Source: Hellea sp.
Lineage (GTDB): Bacteria > Pseudomonadota > Alphaproteobacteria > Caulobacterales > Maricaulaceae
Reading direction: 5' to 3'
Length of the DNA stretch: 64,000 nt
Assembly (NCBI GenBank): GCA_020627655.1
Contig: JAHDGM010000005.1
Coordinates: forward strand, 2,977 to 66,976
This document shows, piece after piece, positions 19,915-29,487 of the stretch. The notes below the pieces were generated by a model, which searched no databases, was not told the DNA's origin, and worked only from the letters and a program-made list of their open reading frames with translations. Position numbers and translations under genes: made by a program. The stretch's first letter is position 1. Every line of letters begins with the position of its first letter.

Positions 19915-20943
19915 ATGGGATATTCTTTCGCAATCGTCGGCGCGACCGGCAATGTCGGTACAGAGATGCTCACGATTTTGGCTGAGAGTGATCTGGAAGT
20001 CGATGAAGTACATGCTGTTGCGTCTCGTCGGTCTATTGGCCGTGAAGTCAGCTTTGGGGATCAGACATTAAAATGCCAGGACCTTGAAAATTTTGACTTT
20101 TCCAAAGTTGATATTGCTCTCATGAGTGCAGGCGGTTCGGTTTCCAAAGAATGGTCCCCTAAAATTGCTGCCGAGGGTGCTATTGTCATTGATAACTCAT
20201 CTGCCTGGCGCATGGATCCTGATGTGCCTTTAATTGTTCCTGAAGTGAATGCTGATGCAGTCGCCGGTTTTACCAAAAAAGGTATTATTGCGAATCCCAA
20301 CTGTTCAACCATTCAGATGGTTGTTGCATTGAAACCCCTTCATGATCGGGCCAAGATCAAGCGCGTTGTGGTGTCAACGTACCAATCTGTGTCTGGCGGC
20401 GGCAAAAAGAACATGGATGAGCTTTGGCTGCAAACCAAAGGTATCTACTCTAATGATGAGCTAAAGCCTCATAACTTCACAAAGCAAATTGCCTTTAATG
20501 TTATTCCGCACATAGACGTTTTTATGGACGGGGGTGACACTAAAGAAGAATGGAAAATGAAAGCGGAAACCAAGAAAATTCTTGATCCAAAAATTAAAGT
20601 GACGGCAACATGTGTACGCGTCCCGACATTTGTTGGCCATGCCGAGGCCGTGAATGTTGAATTTGAAGATGAAATAAGTGCCGACGAAGCCCGCGAACTT
20701 TTAAGAGTGAGCCCGGGTCTTATGGTGGTAGATAAACAGGAAGATGGGGGTTACGTAACACCTGTTGAATGTGTTGGTGAATTTGCCACTTTTGTGTCTC
20801 GTATCCGGGAGGATTCCACGCAGGATAATACGCTGAATATGTGGGTTGTGTCTGATAACCTTCGTAAAGGCGCGGCGCTAAATACAGTACAAATTGCGGA
20901 ATGCCTGGTTAATCGCGGCCTTCTGAAGCAAAAAGCAGCCTAA
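19915..20943 (+). CDS. asd: aspartate-semialdehyde dehydrogenase
   Basis: FAIVGATGNVGTEM and IIANPNCSTIQMVVAL (active-site Cys), preceded by AGGAGG. Confidence 0.95.
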   Translation: MGYSFAIVGATGNVGTEMLTILAESDLEVDEVHAVASRRSIGREVSFGDQTLKCQDLENFDFSKVDIALMSAGGSVSKEWSPKIAAEGAIVIDNSSAWRMDPDVPLIVPEVNADAVAGFTKKGIIANPNCSTIQMVVALKPLHDRAKIKRVVVSTYQSVSGGGKKNMDELWLQTKGIYSNDELKPHNFTKQIAFNVIPHIDVFMDGGDTKEEWKMKAETKKILDPKIKVTATCVRVPTFVGHAEAVNVEFEDEISADEARELLRVSPGLMVVDKQEDGGYVTPVECVGEFATFVSRIREDSTQDNTLNMWVVSDNLRKGAALNTVQIAECLVNRGLLKQKAA

Positions 20944-22695
20944 TCAGTCGCCTATACCATGAAACAGCGCGCGCTGTTTCAGGTTAAGTCCGTTAGGATC
21001 TGTCACTTTTAGACTGCCGCCCCTTTGAACAATTGAAAAATTGGCAGCTTCAAAAGCGCTGTAAGTCGTTTCGGTTACAGTATTAACGCCGACAAGCCGG
21101 ACTTTAGCTTTCTGCCGTGATAGCGTCAGGTCAACATAGCCGCTGGTGAGGGGGTTGTAATAGCGTACATCCGGATTGGTTTGGGTCACCAACAGAGCAT
21201 AATCCGGGGCGCCATCTCCTAGGAAGGCCGCCAGTGTTTCAGAAGATACAGAACTTGTGCCAACTTCTGCGCCCATTTTGGCACCATTATCATCGGTCAG
21301 GTCATTGACCCAAAATTCATGGGCGTCTCCGGTGAGTACCAACATGTCATTAATGCCGGCCTTATCCAAAGCGGTATAAAGTTGTTGCCGGGCTGCAGGG
21401 TATCCGTCCCAGCTATCGGGGTAAACAGGCAGGCCAAAAGCCGACAGATTAACAAAGTCCCTTATACCGGCCCATTCGGCCTCGATGGCAGAGATAGCAT
21501 CTTCGTCCACATGGGGGGTTAGGTCAGGGGTTTGAAGACGACCCATGACAACCTGATTGGCTAAAACGCGCCAAAGTTTTCCATCATTTTTTGATTGTTT
21601 GAACTGTTCGGCTATCCAGTTCGTTTGAAGACTTCCCAGCATATCCCGTGAAGGATCAGACAGGATATCCTGATTAAAGATTTCCAGGCCACCATCCTGT
21701 TTTAGTAGGTCATAATATTCTTCGATAATAATAGGCGCACCACGCGCTAGAAGCCGGGTTTCAACGGCGCATAGAGTAGCCAGATCACCCCATTCAAACT
21801 TGCGGAATAAAAACTCTCGTCCTCTACCGGGCTTGGGGTCACGTACAGGCATCCATTCATAATAGGCGCGCATGGCCGCTTCTTTGCGGGCCTGCCAGTC
21901 ACCTTCAGTTTCTGTTGTGTGGTTCTCCGCGCCGTCTTTCCAGCTGTCATTACTGCTCTCATGGTCATCCCAAATCGCAATCATAGGCATTTGAGCTGTT
22001 AAAGCCTGTAGAGCAGGATCAGAGCGGTATTGAGCGTGGCGTATTCGATAATCTTCCAGTGAGACGATTTCATGACGCGGTTCATGAAGGCGACCCTTAG
22101 CGGCCATTTCAGTGCTGGCGACTTTATCGGCGCTGTATTCATAAATATAATCGCCCAAATGCAGGAGCGCATCAAAAGGTTGTTTTGTTTGAGCCTGTTC
22201 GCGCGCTATGTGATCATAGACGTTAAAGTAACCTTGTTGCCAGTTGGCGCAGGAAACGACTGCAAAACGGACCGATTTTGTGTTGTCTTCTGGTAAGGTT
22301 CGAGTTCGGCCGACGGGAGACGCGGCATCACCTATTTTAAAGCGGTAAAAATACCAAGTGCCTGGACGCAGGCCGGATGCATCCACCTTAACGGTCCAAT
22401 TACGGACAGCACTTGTCGGAAAAGTTCCCTTAGCCACTATATCTGAAAAATCATCCTGCTTAGAAACTTCCCAATTTACTTCAACGGAAGCGACGCGAGG
22501 GTCTTCTGGAGTGATACGGGTCCATAAAATGACACGGGTTTGCTCCGGATCGCCACTGGCAATGCCGTGAGCGAAGGTTCCTGTGACAGGCGTGCGTGCG
22601 GAATTGAGGATTTCAGGGCCTTTAGGCGTACAGGCCGCGGTTCCGCTTGCCAAAAGTGCGCCTAGGGCATGGCGTCTTGTAATATTGAAGCTCAT
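20944..22695 (-). CDS. phoD: alkaline phosphatase D family protein (Tat-exported)
   Basis: Twin-arginine leader TRRHALGALLASGTAAC. PhoD motifs IASGDP, FAVVSCANW, LHLGDYIYEY, IWDDHE. Confidence 0.9.
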   Translation of the reverse strand: MSFNITRRHALGALLASGTAACTPKGPEILNSARTPVTGTFAHGIASGDPEQTRVILWTRITPEDPRVASVEVNWEVSKQDDFSDIVAKGTFPTSAVRNWTVKVDASGLRPGTWYFYRFKIGDAASPVGRTRTLPEDNTKSVRFAVVSCANWQQGYFNVYDHIAREQAQTKQPFDALLHLGDYIYEYSADKVASTEMAAKGRLHEPRHEIVSLEDYRIRHAQYRSDPALQALTAQMPMIAIWDDHESSNDSWKDGAENHTTETEGDWQARKEAAMRAYYEWMPVRDPKPGRGREFLFRKFEWGDLATLCAVETRLLARGAPIIIEEYYDLLKQDGGLEIFNQDILSDPSRDMLGSLQTNWIAEQFKQSKNDGKLWRVLANQVVMGRLQTPDLTPHVDEDAISAIEAEWAGIRDFVNLSAFGLPVYPDSWDGYPAARQQLYTALDKAGINDMLVLTGDAHEFWVNDLTDDNGAKMGAEVGTSSVSSETLAAFLGDGAPDYALLVTQTNPDVRYYNPLTSGYVDLTLSRQKAKVRLVGVNTVTETTYSAFEAANFSIVQRGGSLKVTDPNGLNLKQRALFHGIGD

Positions 22696-22759
22696 GGCGC
22701 GCTGTTATACGCCCCTGATTGAAAAGGTAAAGTTCTTGTTTCTCAAGAGGAGAAATTAT

Positions 22760-24280
22760 CTAAATTTTCTGATCGTACTCGCCGATTTCATCATAATTTG
22801 CCAGACGCGCCTCAATTTCTCTAAACATTCCTATTTTATTTTCATCTGACGTAGGACTTTCGACGACAACAACCAGATTGGGTGTATTCGAGCTGGCCCG
22901 CACAAGTCCCCATGTTCCGTCTTCCAGAACAACCCTCACGCCATTGACGGTAACTAAGTCTTTGATTTTCATACCCATGATTTCGCCGCCTGATGCTTTG
23001 TAATCTTGATATTCTTTGACAGCACGATCAACGACACCGTATTTTTCTTCGTCAGCACAATAAGGCGACATAGTGGGTGAACCCCAAGTCTGCGGAAGAT
23101 CGCGACGCAGGTCGGCCATGGTTTTATCCGGGTTGCGGTCAAGCATTTGCAGGATAGCTATGGCGGATAGAATGCCATCGTCATAGCCTCGGCCGATAGG
23201 ATTGTTGAAAAAATAATGTCCTGATTTTTCAAACCCCACTAGGGCTCCAAGTTCAGCAGACCGGCGTTTTATGTAAGAGTGGCCGGTTTTATAATAATCT
23301 GTCTTGGCGCCGTTTTTGACTAATACTGGATCGGTTAAATAAAGCCCTGTAGATTTCACATCGGCTACGAACTGTGCATTTGGATAGAGTTCTGAAAGAT
23401 CACGGGCCAGCATAACGCCGACTTTGTCAGCGAAAATTTCTTCGCCTTCATTATCAACAACTCCGCAGCGGTCTCCATCTCCGTCAAAGCCAACAGCGAT
23501 ATCGGCGTCAAATTTTAATACGGCATCCCGCATGGCATGCAGCATTTTCATGTCTTCGGGATTGGGATTATAGGTTGGGAACATATAATCCAGATCGCAG
23601 TTTAGAGGAATGACTTCCGCGCCGATTTTATCAAGCACATGAGGGGCAAAAGCGCCGGCTGTTCCGTTTCCGCAAGCTGCAACGACTTTTATCTTTTTCT
23701 TGAGTTTAATGCCTTTGCAAAGGTCATTCATATAAAGTTCTCTAACCCCCGGTACAAATTGGTAACCACCGCCGCCTCGTGACTTAGACTGTCCTTGAAG
23801 GACGATTTCCTTCAGCCGGCTCATTTCATCCGGGCCAAATGTTAGTGGAGGTTCAATACCCATTTTGACACCTGTCCACCCGTTTGAATTATGGCTGGCG
23901 GTCACCATGGCGACACCCGGGCAATCCAGTGCAAACTGCGCGAAATATGCCATGGGGGATAAGGCCATGCCGATGTCAAGAACTTCAATTCCGGCATTCA
24001 TGAGGCCAACGATTAAGGCCTGTTTTATGGATAAAGAATAATGCCGAAAATCATGTCCAACGACGATCTTTGGGTCAATGCCCCGTTCATACATGAGTGT
24101 TCCCAAGCCTTCGCCCAGTGCCTGAATTCCATATAAGTTGATTTCAGGATCTTTTTCGTGGCCAGGAATACCAAACCACCAGCGCGCATCATATTCTCTA
24201 AAACCGGTGGGTTTGACGAGAGCGCGGTTTTCAAATTCCAATGTATTGGGTTTCATACTGGCGATAGGTTTCTGTGACAT
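22760..24280 (-). CDS. phosphomannomutase/phosphoglucomutase
   Basis: Active-site MVTASHNSNGWTGVKM and metal loop GFDGDGDRCGVVD. Confidence 0.9.
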   Translation of the reverse strand: MSQKPIASMKPNTLEFENRALVKPTGFREYDARWWFGIPGHEKDPEINLYGIQALGEGLGTLMYERGIDPKIVVGHDFRHYSLSIKQALIVGLMNAGIEVLDIGMALSPMAYFAQFALDCPGVAMVTASHNSNGWTGVKMGIEPPLTFGPDEMSRLKEIVLQGQSKSRGGGGYQFVPGVRELYMNDLCKGIKLKKKIKVVAACGNGTAGAFAPHVLDKIGAEVIPLNCDLDYMFPTYNPNPEDMKMLHAMRDAVLKFDADIAVGFDGDGDRCGVVDNEGEEIFADKVGVMLARDLSELYPNAQFVADVKSTGLYLTDPVLVKNGAKTDYYKTGHSYIKRRSAELGALVGFEKSGHYFFNNPIGRGYDDGILSAIAILQMLDRNPDKTMADLRRDLPQTWGSPTMSPYCADEEKYGVVDRAVKEYQDYKASGGEIMGMKIKDLVTVNGVRVVLEDGTWGLVRASSNTPNLVVVVESPTSDENKIGMFREIEARLANYDEIGEYDQKI

Positions 24281-24326
24281 GAGTGGGTTTCCCGAATTTA
24301 TTTTATGTTTCTATAAAGTGTATGTT

Positions 24327-24788
24327 TTAAGGATTCGTGACGGTGGCTTCTTTGGACGGGTTTTTTCTTTGATTCATATAAAGCGGCAAGAGCATGAGCA
24401 AAAGCTGAACAGCCCCGATGAGAATAACGTCAGTGAAATCCAACGCAGGTAACAGTAATTCATTTTCAGAAACTCCATTGCTGATTATACGGTCGCGCAG
24501 GAGATCGATGAAATTGCCCTGTAAGCCCCACATTATGAGCGCCACCAAGATCATAATTACGGTCGCCAGATAGCTCAGCTGAACGGAAAGAGGCCTGGCT
24601 TTGAATATCTGGCGAATGGCCGTAATAAAAATGAAAATGCCAGGAATGCAGCAGAGAAAAATGATGAAACTGCTGAGCCTGGCCTGGTCAATTTGGAGAG
24701 CCGTTCCAAAGCCGTAAAACAAAAGCGATAATCCCCAATGCGCGAGGATTAGAAAGCTTACGATACGCAGTATCAATTGTCGGGTCAC
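24327..24788 (-). CDS. hypothetical membrane protein (about 4 TM)
   Basis: 153 aa and hydrophobic. Its start overlaps the kpsF stop (ATGA-type overlap). Confidence 0.5.
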   Translation of the reverse strand: MTRQLILRIVSFLILAHWGLSLLFYGFGTALQIDQARLSSFIIFLCCIPGIFIFITAIRQIFKARPLSVQLSYLATVIMILVALIMWGLQGNFIDLLRDRIISNGVSENELLLPALDFTDVILIGAVQLLLMLLPLYMNQRKNPSKEATVTNP

Positions 24789-25738
24789 ATTAATCCAGCA
24801 CGTAAAAAATCATGCAGATGAACAAGGCCGATAGCCCTGTCGTCTTCGGTTACAAACATTTGCATTATTTTATGCTCCCCGCCTGTCATACGCCGCAAAA
24901 CGTCAGCTGCGAGTTCATCGGGTCGGGCTGTTTTGGGGTCTTCTGTCATGACATCTTTGGGGGGGGCGTCAGGCAGGGTTGAGATGTTTCGCCTGATGTC
25001 GCCGTCGGTAATGATGCCGACTAAACGTCCACCTTGAGTGATACCGGCGCACCCAAATCCTTTTTCGCCCATGATAGCCAGTACGTCATCCATGCTCGCG
25101 TCTTGATCAATCAGCGGCAAGTGTTGCCCCGCATGCATAAGATCGCTGACCGTAGCCAGAGAGGCTCCCAGGGCCCCACCGGGGTGATAGGCTTTGAAAT
25201 CCTTGGCTGTGAAACCTTTTGCTTCCAGCAGCGTTACGGCAATCGCGTCGCCAAGGGCAATTTGTAGGGTCGTGGAGGTTGTTGGAGCTCTGGTTTCGGC
25301 ACAAGCTTCCGGCGCATCAGGCAGAGAGAGTATGAAATCCGCCGCTCGGCCCAATGTGCTCTCAGCTTTCACTGTCATAGCAATAAGCGGCACAGAAAAC
25401 CGCCGACAAAATCCAATAATGTCGGCCAGTTCTTGAGTTTCACCTGAGCGTGATAGAGCGATAACGGCGTCATCTCGCGTTATCATCCCCATATCGCCAT
25501 GGCTGGCCTCTGTCGGGTGAATATAGAGGGATGGACTGCCTGTAGAAGCCAAGGTCGCGGCTATCTTTCGTGCGACATGACCGCTTTTTCCAACACCCGT
25601 AAGAATAATACGGCCGCGAACGGATTTAAGGCGCTCGATAACGTTTGAAAAATCATCAGATAAGCTATCGGCTAAGGCTTTTAGGCCATCGGTTTCAGTG
25701 GCCAAAACTCGGCGTGCAGATTGGATATGATCGCTCAT
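24785..25738 (-). CDS. kpsF: arabinose-5-phosphate isomerase (KpsF/GutQ family, SIS + CBS)
   Basis: SIS motif LTGVGKSGHVARKIAATLASTGSPS and a C-terminal CBS pair. Confidence 0.9.
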   Translation of the reverse strand: MSDHIQSARRVLATETDGLKALADSLSDDFSNVIERLKSVRGRIILTGVGKSGHVARKIAATLASTGSPSLYIHPTEASHGDMGMITRDDAVIALSRSGETQELADIIGFCRRFSVPLIAMTVKAESTLGRAADFILSLPDAPEACAETRAPTTSTTLQIALGDAIAVTLLEAKGFTAKDFKAYHPGGALGASLATVSDLMHAGQHLPLIDQDASMDDVLAIMGEKGFGCAGITQGGRLVGIITDGDIRRNISTLPDAPPKDVMTEDPKTARPDELAADVLRRMTGGEHKIMQMFVTEDDRAIGLVHLHDFLRAGLM

Positions 25739-26781
25739 ATGTCCGTCTTACCAGTATTGGTGAAATTATCCAGCTTTGGAATGCGTCGTTTATAGACTTT
25801 TAGAGGTGACCAGGTAAAGGCACGCAGGATTTTACCTATAGGTATTTTGCGTTGATTTCGGCCTGTTTTGTGGGTTCCATATGGATATTGGAAAAACCCA
25901 TTTACGGTACCGCGAAAAGTCGGTTTGAACCGCCCTTTTCGAAAGGCTGACCATATGAGTGTGAACAGGCTGGTAGCCATATGGGCAGGGAGTAAGATTG
26001 GAAGCAGGGGGCGCGGTGTGTTTTTAAGGAATGTCCAGATACGGTTCCGGGTTCCGTAATAAACCGCAAATTCTGAGGCACGGCCAGATATGCCAGAGCT
26101 GACATGATCGACAATGGCTAAATTGTTTTGAATGCAGATGCCGCCATCGCGGCGCATGCGATAAGCAAGGTCAACGTCTTCATGATAAGTGAAGAAGCGT
26201 TCATCAAACCCGCCAAGCCGTAAAAATGTCTCCCGGTGATAGAGCGCCGCTGCGCCGCACGGCCCAAAAGTTTCCTGCAAATCAGGAATTGGGTAGGTAT
26301 CGTTTTTATGACCGCATCCTGCTCTATAGGCGAGGCCAAAAGCGTGATAACAATCCCCCAAACCGTCTAGGATACCGGGCTCAAAAGCCATATTCTGACG
26401 TGAGCCTGCCATGGTGACATTTTCAGTAACCTTAGGTGTTCCTAGCAGTATTTCGAGCCAGTCAGAGTGCGCAAATGCATCTGGATTTAAAAGAGCCAGC
26501 CAGTCTGATCGAGCGCGAGCCGCGCCAATATTATTAGCCTTGGCAAAGCCGGTGTTCTCATCAAGCTGTATAACCTCAAACCGATCATCCATTTGGGGGA
26601 GCCGCGCGATTGACTTATCACTGGAAGCATTATCGACGATAAAGCACTCAAACTCCGTCTGTGTTTGATCCAGAAGTGATTGGACACAGCGATTCAAATA
26701 ATCTCCGCCATTATAATTGACGACGATTACGCTGACCTGTGGGGTGGCCGAATGGATATTTGACGGTGTTGTCATGACCAA
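25735..26781 (-). CDS. family 2 glycosyltransferase
   Basis: VSVIVVNYNGGDYLNRCVQSLLDQT and FIVDNASSDKS. Overlaps the kpsF start by 4 nt. Confidence 0.8.
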   Translation of the reverse strand: MVMTTPSNIHSATPQVSVIVVNYNGGDYLNRCVQSLLDQTQTEFECFIVDNASSDKSIARLPQMDDRFEVIQLDENTGFAKANNIGAARARSDWLALLNPDAFAHSDWLEILLGTPKVTENVTMAGSRQNMAFEPGILDGLGDCYHAFGLAYRAGCGHKNDTYPIPDLQETFGPCGAAALYHRETFLRLGGFDERFFTYHEDVDLAYRMRRDGGICIQNNLAIVDHVSSGISGRASEFAVYYGTRNRIWTFLKNTPRPLLPILLPAHMATSLFTLIWSAFRKGRFKPTFRGTVNGFFQYPYGTHKTGRNQRKIPIGKILRAFTWSPLKVYKRRIPKLDNFTNTGKTDI

Positions 26782-26813
26782 GGTTTAAAACATGGGCGCA
26801 CAGTATGAAACCA

Positions 26814-26841
26814 ATAAAAAAGGCCCCATGCGGGGCCCTTT
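26814..26841 (-). terminator. rho-independent terminator after atpF
   Basis: Minus-strand sense GGGCCCCGCAUGGGGCC followed by UUUUUUAUU. Confidence 0.75.
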
Positions 26842-26862
26842 AGAATAATATAAAATCACGCT

Positions 26863-27378
26863 TTAGTTGAGCGTCTTACCCATATTGGCAATACCCTCTT
26901 TGACAAGGGATGTATGGTCTGCGCTTGTTAGATTACCTTTTAGCAGTTTTTCGGCCGAAGAGACGGCGAGGTCAGCTGCTTTGGCGCGAACTTCAGCAAG
27001 AGCCTGAGCTTCTGCACTGGCGATCTTGGCTTCAGCCATTGCAGCGCGGCGTTCAAGGCGATCTTTTAGGTCCGCGCGGGATTTTGCAGCCATAGCTTCA
27101 GCATCTTTACGAGCCTGCTGTATAATACCTTCAGCTTGTTCTTCAGCTTCTTTCTGTTTCCGTTGATAAGATGCTAGAAGCGCTTGGGCCTCTTCGCGAA
27201 GGCGGCGGGCTTCATCTAGGTCAGCTTTAATTTTATCGGCGCGAGCATCTAGGGCTTGCCCCATAGACTTAAAAACGCCTTTCCAAACCAAGACCAAGAA
27301 GAACAAACCTACACAAACGGCGACCCAAAATGTCGGGTCGAGATAAAAAGGTGTTCCTTTTGCGGCCATAATCAACAT
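26863..27378 (-). CDS. atpF: F0F1 ATP synthase subunit b
   Basis: One N-terminal TM segment plus a long Ala/Glu/Lys-rich helix. Last gene of the atpI-B-E-F'-F operon. Confidence 0.88.
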   Translation of the reverse strand: MLIMAAKGTPFYLDPTFWVAVCVGLFFLVLVWKGVFKSMGQALDARADKIKADLDEARRLREEAQALLASYQRKQKEAEEQAEGIIQQARKDAEAMAAKSRADLKDRLERRAAMAEAKIASAEAQALAEVRAKAADLAVSSAEKLLKGNLTSADHTSLVKEGIANMGKTLN

Positions 27379-27387
27379 GACTGACTC

Positions 27388-27915
27388 CTAACCGTTCAAG
27401 ATCTTTTTCAGCTGGGCAGCAGTTGGGGCCTTGCCAGTGAATTTCTTCACAATATCAGATGCTACGTCAGTGGCGATTGTATCGATATTGCTTAAGGCTG
27501 CTTTGCGGATTTTCGAAATATGGGCTTCAGACTTTTCCGCCTGGACCATGGCCTCCGCATCGGCAGCTTCTATTTCGGCCTCAATTTCAGCATTGATAGA
27601 AGTACGGGTGGATTCGGCAACATTGTGAGCTTTGGCTTTGGCATCAGCCAAAACTCGCTCATAGGTCCGCTCGGCTTCCTCGGCTTCGCGCTGCATACGA
27701 GATGCTGTGTCCAGATCATCTGCAATACGGTGCTGCCGTTCCGCTATTGGGTTACCCAGCTTTGGCAGAATGAACCGCCAAAGGATAAGGTAAAGCAGGC
27801 CGAATGTAATAACCAGCCAGGTGATCTGGCTGGCAAATGTCGAAACGTCAAATTGCGGCAGACCTTCTGCCGCTGCCGCTTCAACTTCTTTGGAAACTGT
27901 AGATTCAGCCGCCAT
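27388..27915 (-). CDS. atpF2: F0F1 ATP synthase subunit b'
   Basis: A second b-type subunit directly after atpE, which is the alphaproteobacterial arrangement. Confidence 0.85.
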   Translation of the reverse strand: MAAESTVSKEVEAAAAEGLPQFDVSTFASQITWLVITFGLLYLILWRFILPKLGNPIAERQHRIADDLDTASRMQREAEEAERTYERVLADAKAKAHNVAESTRTSINAEIEAEIEAADAEAMVQAEKSEAHISKIRKAALSNIDTIATDVASDIVKKFTGKAPTAAQLKKILNG

Positions 27916-27939
27916 AATAAATTCCGTTCGTTATTGTGA

Positions 27940-28164
27940 TTAGCCGTTTAGGATAATCATGGCCAATACGAAGCCGAACAGACCGGTCGCTTCACAAAGC
28001 GCGAAACCTAGAAGAAGGTTTGTACGCTGAGAGGCAGCGGCGGATGGATTGCGCAATGCACCTGAAAGGTAGTTGGCGAAGATGTTACCGATACCAATAC
28101 CGGCACCAATCAGAGCTGTACCTGCGAGGCCGGCGCCGATGAATTTTGCTGCTTCTGCTTCCAT
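27940..28164 (-). CDS. atpE: F0F1 ATP synthase subunit c
   Basis: 74-aa hairpin proteolipid with a Gly-rich helix 1 (GAGLAGTALIGAGIGIG) and a carboxylate in helix 2 (FALCEATGLFGF). Confidence 0.95.
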   Translation of the reverse strand: MEAEAAKFIGAGLAGTALIGAGIGIGNIFANYLSGALRNPSAAASQRTNLLLGFALCEATGLFGFVLAMIILNG

Positions 28165-28192
28165 TTTAGTCTCCTTGAAAATATGGAATTAG

Positions 28193-28942
28193 CTAGTGAT
28201 CGACGTGATAAACGTCATTCAGATAAACACATGTCAGGATAGCAAACACGAAGGCTTGCAAAGCTGCCACGAGGAATTCAAGCGCGACAATAGCCGCTGT
28301 TCCCATGATCGGGACGATTGCCATACCAGCTGAAAGGGCGTCCTTACCCACCAGATAGGCGATGAAAATAGCGAATAGCTTAAGCATGACGTGCCCGGCA
28401 GTCATATTGGCGAATAATCGAACGGCCAAAGTAACAGGGCGGCTTAAGAATGAGATGATTTCAATCGGAATAATGATTGGATACATGATAAGTGGTAGGC
28501 CGCTGGGCGCAAAGATCTTGAACCACTTCAGGCCATTTTTCCAGATTCCGGCTATAATAACCAATAAGATAGTGAAAACTGCAAGAGCGGCTGTTACCGC
28601 TATGTGCGATGTTGTTGTGAACGCATATGGGTTCATACCAACAAGGTTGGCAAATAAGATAAAGAAGAAGAGGGTGAATACATAAGGGAACCATTTAGCT
28701 GCTTCCGGTCCCGTCGTATCGCGGAGCATATCTGCGATAAACTCATAGCTCATTTCGCCCATGGACTGCAGACGTCCCGGGATAAGCTTGCCGCGGGCTG
28801 AAAGTCCTAAAAAAATGATAACAGCTAAAGACCCAATTACCATCCAAAGGGATGAATTTGTAAACGACAAATCGATAGGACCGATTTGCGGGCCATCAAA
28901 GATCTCTTTGATCTTAAACTGTTCCATTGGGTTGTTGGCCAT
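28193..28942 (-). CDS. atpB: F0F1 ATP synthase subunit a
   Basis: Signature LAVRLFANMTAGHVML. Start re-picked at MANNPMEQF (ATG 28942). Confidence 0.95.
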   Translation of the reverse strand: MANNPMEQFKIKEIFDGPQIGPIDLSFTNSSLWMVIGSLAVIIFLGLSARGKLIPGRLQSMGEMSYEFIADMLRDTTGPEAAKWFPYVFTLFFFILFANLVGMNPYAFTTTSHIAVTAALAVFTILLVIIAGIWKNGLKWFKIFAPSGLPLIMYPIIIPIEIISFLSRPVTLAVRLFANMTAGHVMLKLFAIFIAYLVGKDALSAGMAIVPIMGTAAIVALEFLVAALQAFVFAILTCVYLNDVYHVDH

Positions 28943-28949
28943 GATTACC

Positions 28950-29324
28950 TCAAAAATCGTTTTCGTCTTCGTCCGGCAGGTCGTCCCCAATGGGGAGATG
29001 AGATGTTGCGGCGTCCATTTTTTCGGCCACGCGCAATGTGTTCATTATCCCTGCTGCAAATCCAAATCCTAACCCTACTAACAATATCCATGGGGCAGTT
29101 CCAAAAACACGGTCCAGTAAATGCCCAAGGCCTGTACCAACTAAAACTGCCACGACTAATTCCGTGCTTAGGCGCCATGCCATCCCGAGTAGTGAGCCTG
29201 CATCCGTGTCTTGTTCCGGCTTTTTATGCTTCGCTTTGAGTTTATCCAAGCGTTGCTCAAGCTGTTCTAGATCGGATGATGGCTCGCGAGTTTTCGATGT
29301 CTCGTTCTCGTTCGTCATACACAC
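28950..29324 (-). CDS. atpI: AtpI/AtpZ-type ATP synthase protein I
   Basis: 124 aa with two TM helices (GMAWRLSTELVVAVLVGTGLGHLLD..APWILLVGLGFGFAAG). Sits upstream of atpB. Confidence 0.75.
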   Translation of the reverse strand: MCMTNENETSKTREPSSDLEQLEQRLDKLKAKHKKPEQDTDAGSLLGMAWRLSTELVVAVLVGTGLGHLLDRVFGTAPWILLVGLGFGFAAGIMNTLRVAEKMDAATSHLPIGDDLPDEDENDF

Positions 29325-29487
29325 CTAAATTGCCCTCAAGAGACCCCTCCTGAAAGCGCGCGCAACTTACTCGCAGGTCTATAGGAAGTCAACAGCGCCG
29401 AGGTGGTGTGTAAGTCTTTGAAAACACAGGAATAAATAAGGCTTTTTCAGGGTGCGACAATCTTGTGCAAGTCGTGAAAGACGAGTG

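Noticed and set aside
22696-22759. Possible Pho box upstream of phoD (CTTTACC-TTTT-CAATCAG on the minus strand).
   Set aside because: There are too many mismatches to the CTGTCAT-N4-CTGTCAT-type repeat for me to call it without a genome-specific matrix.
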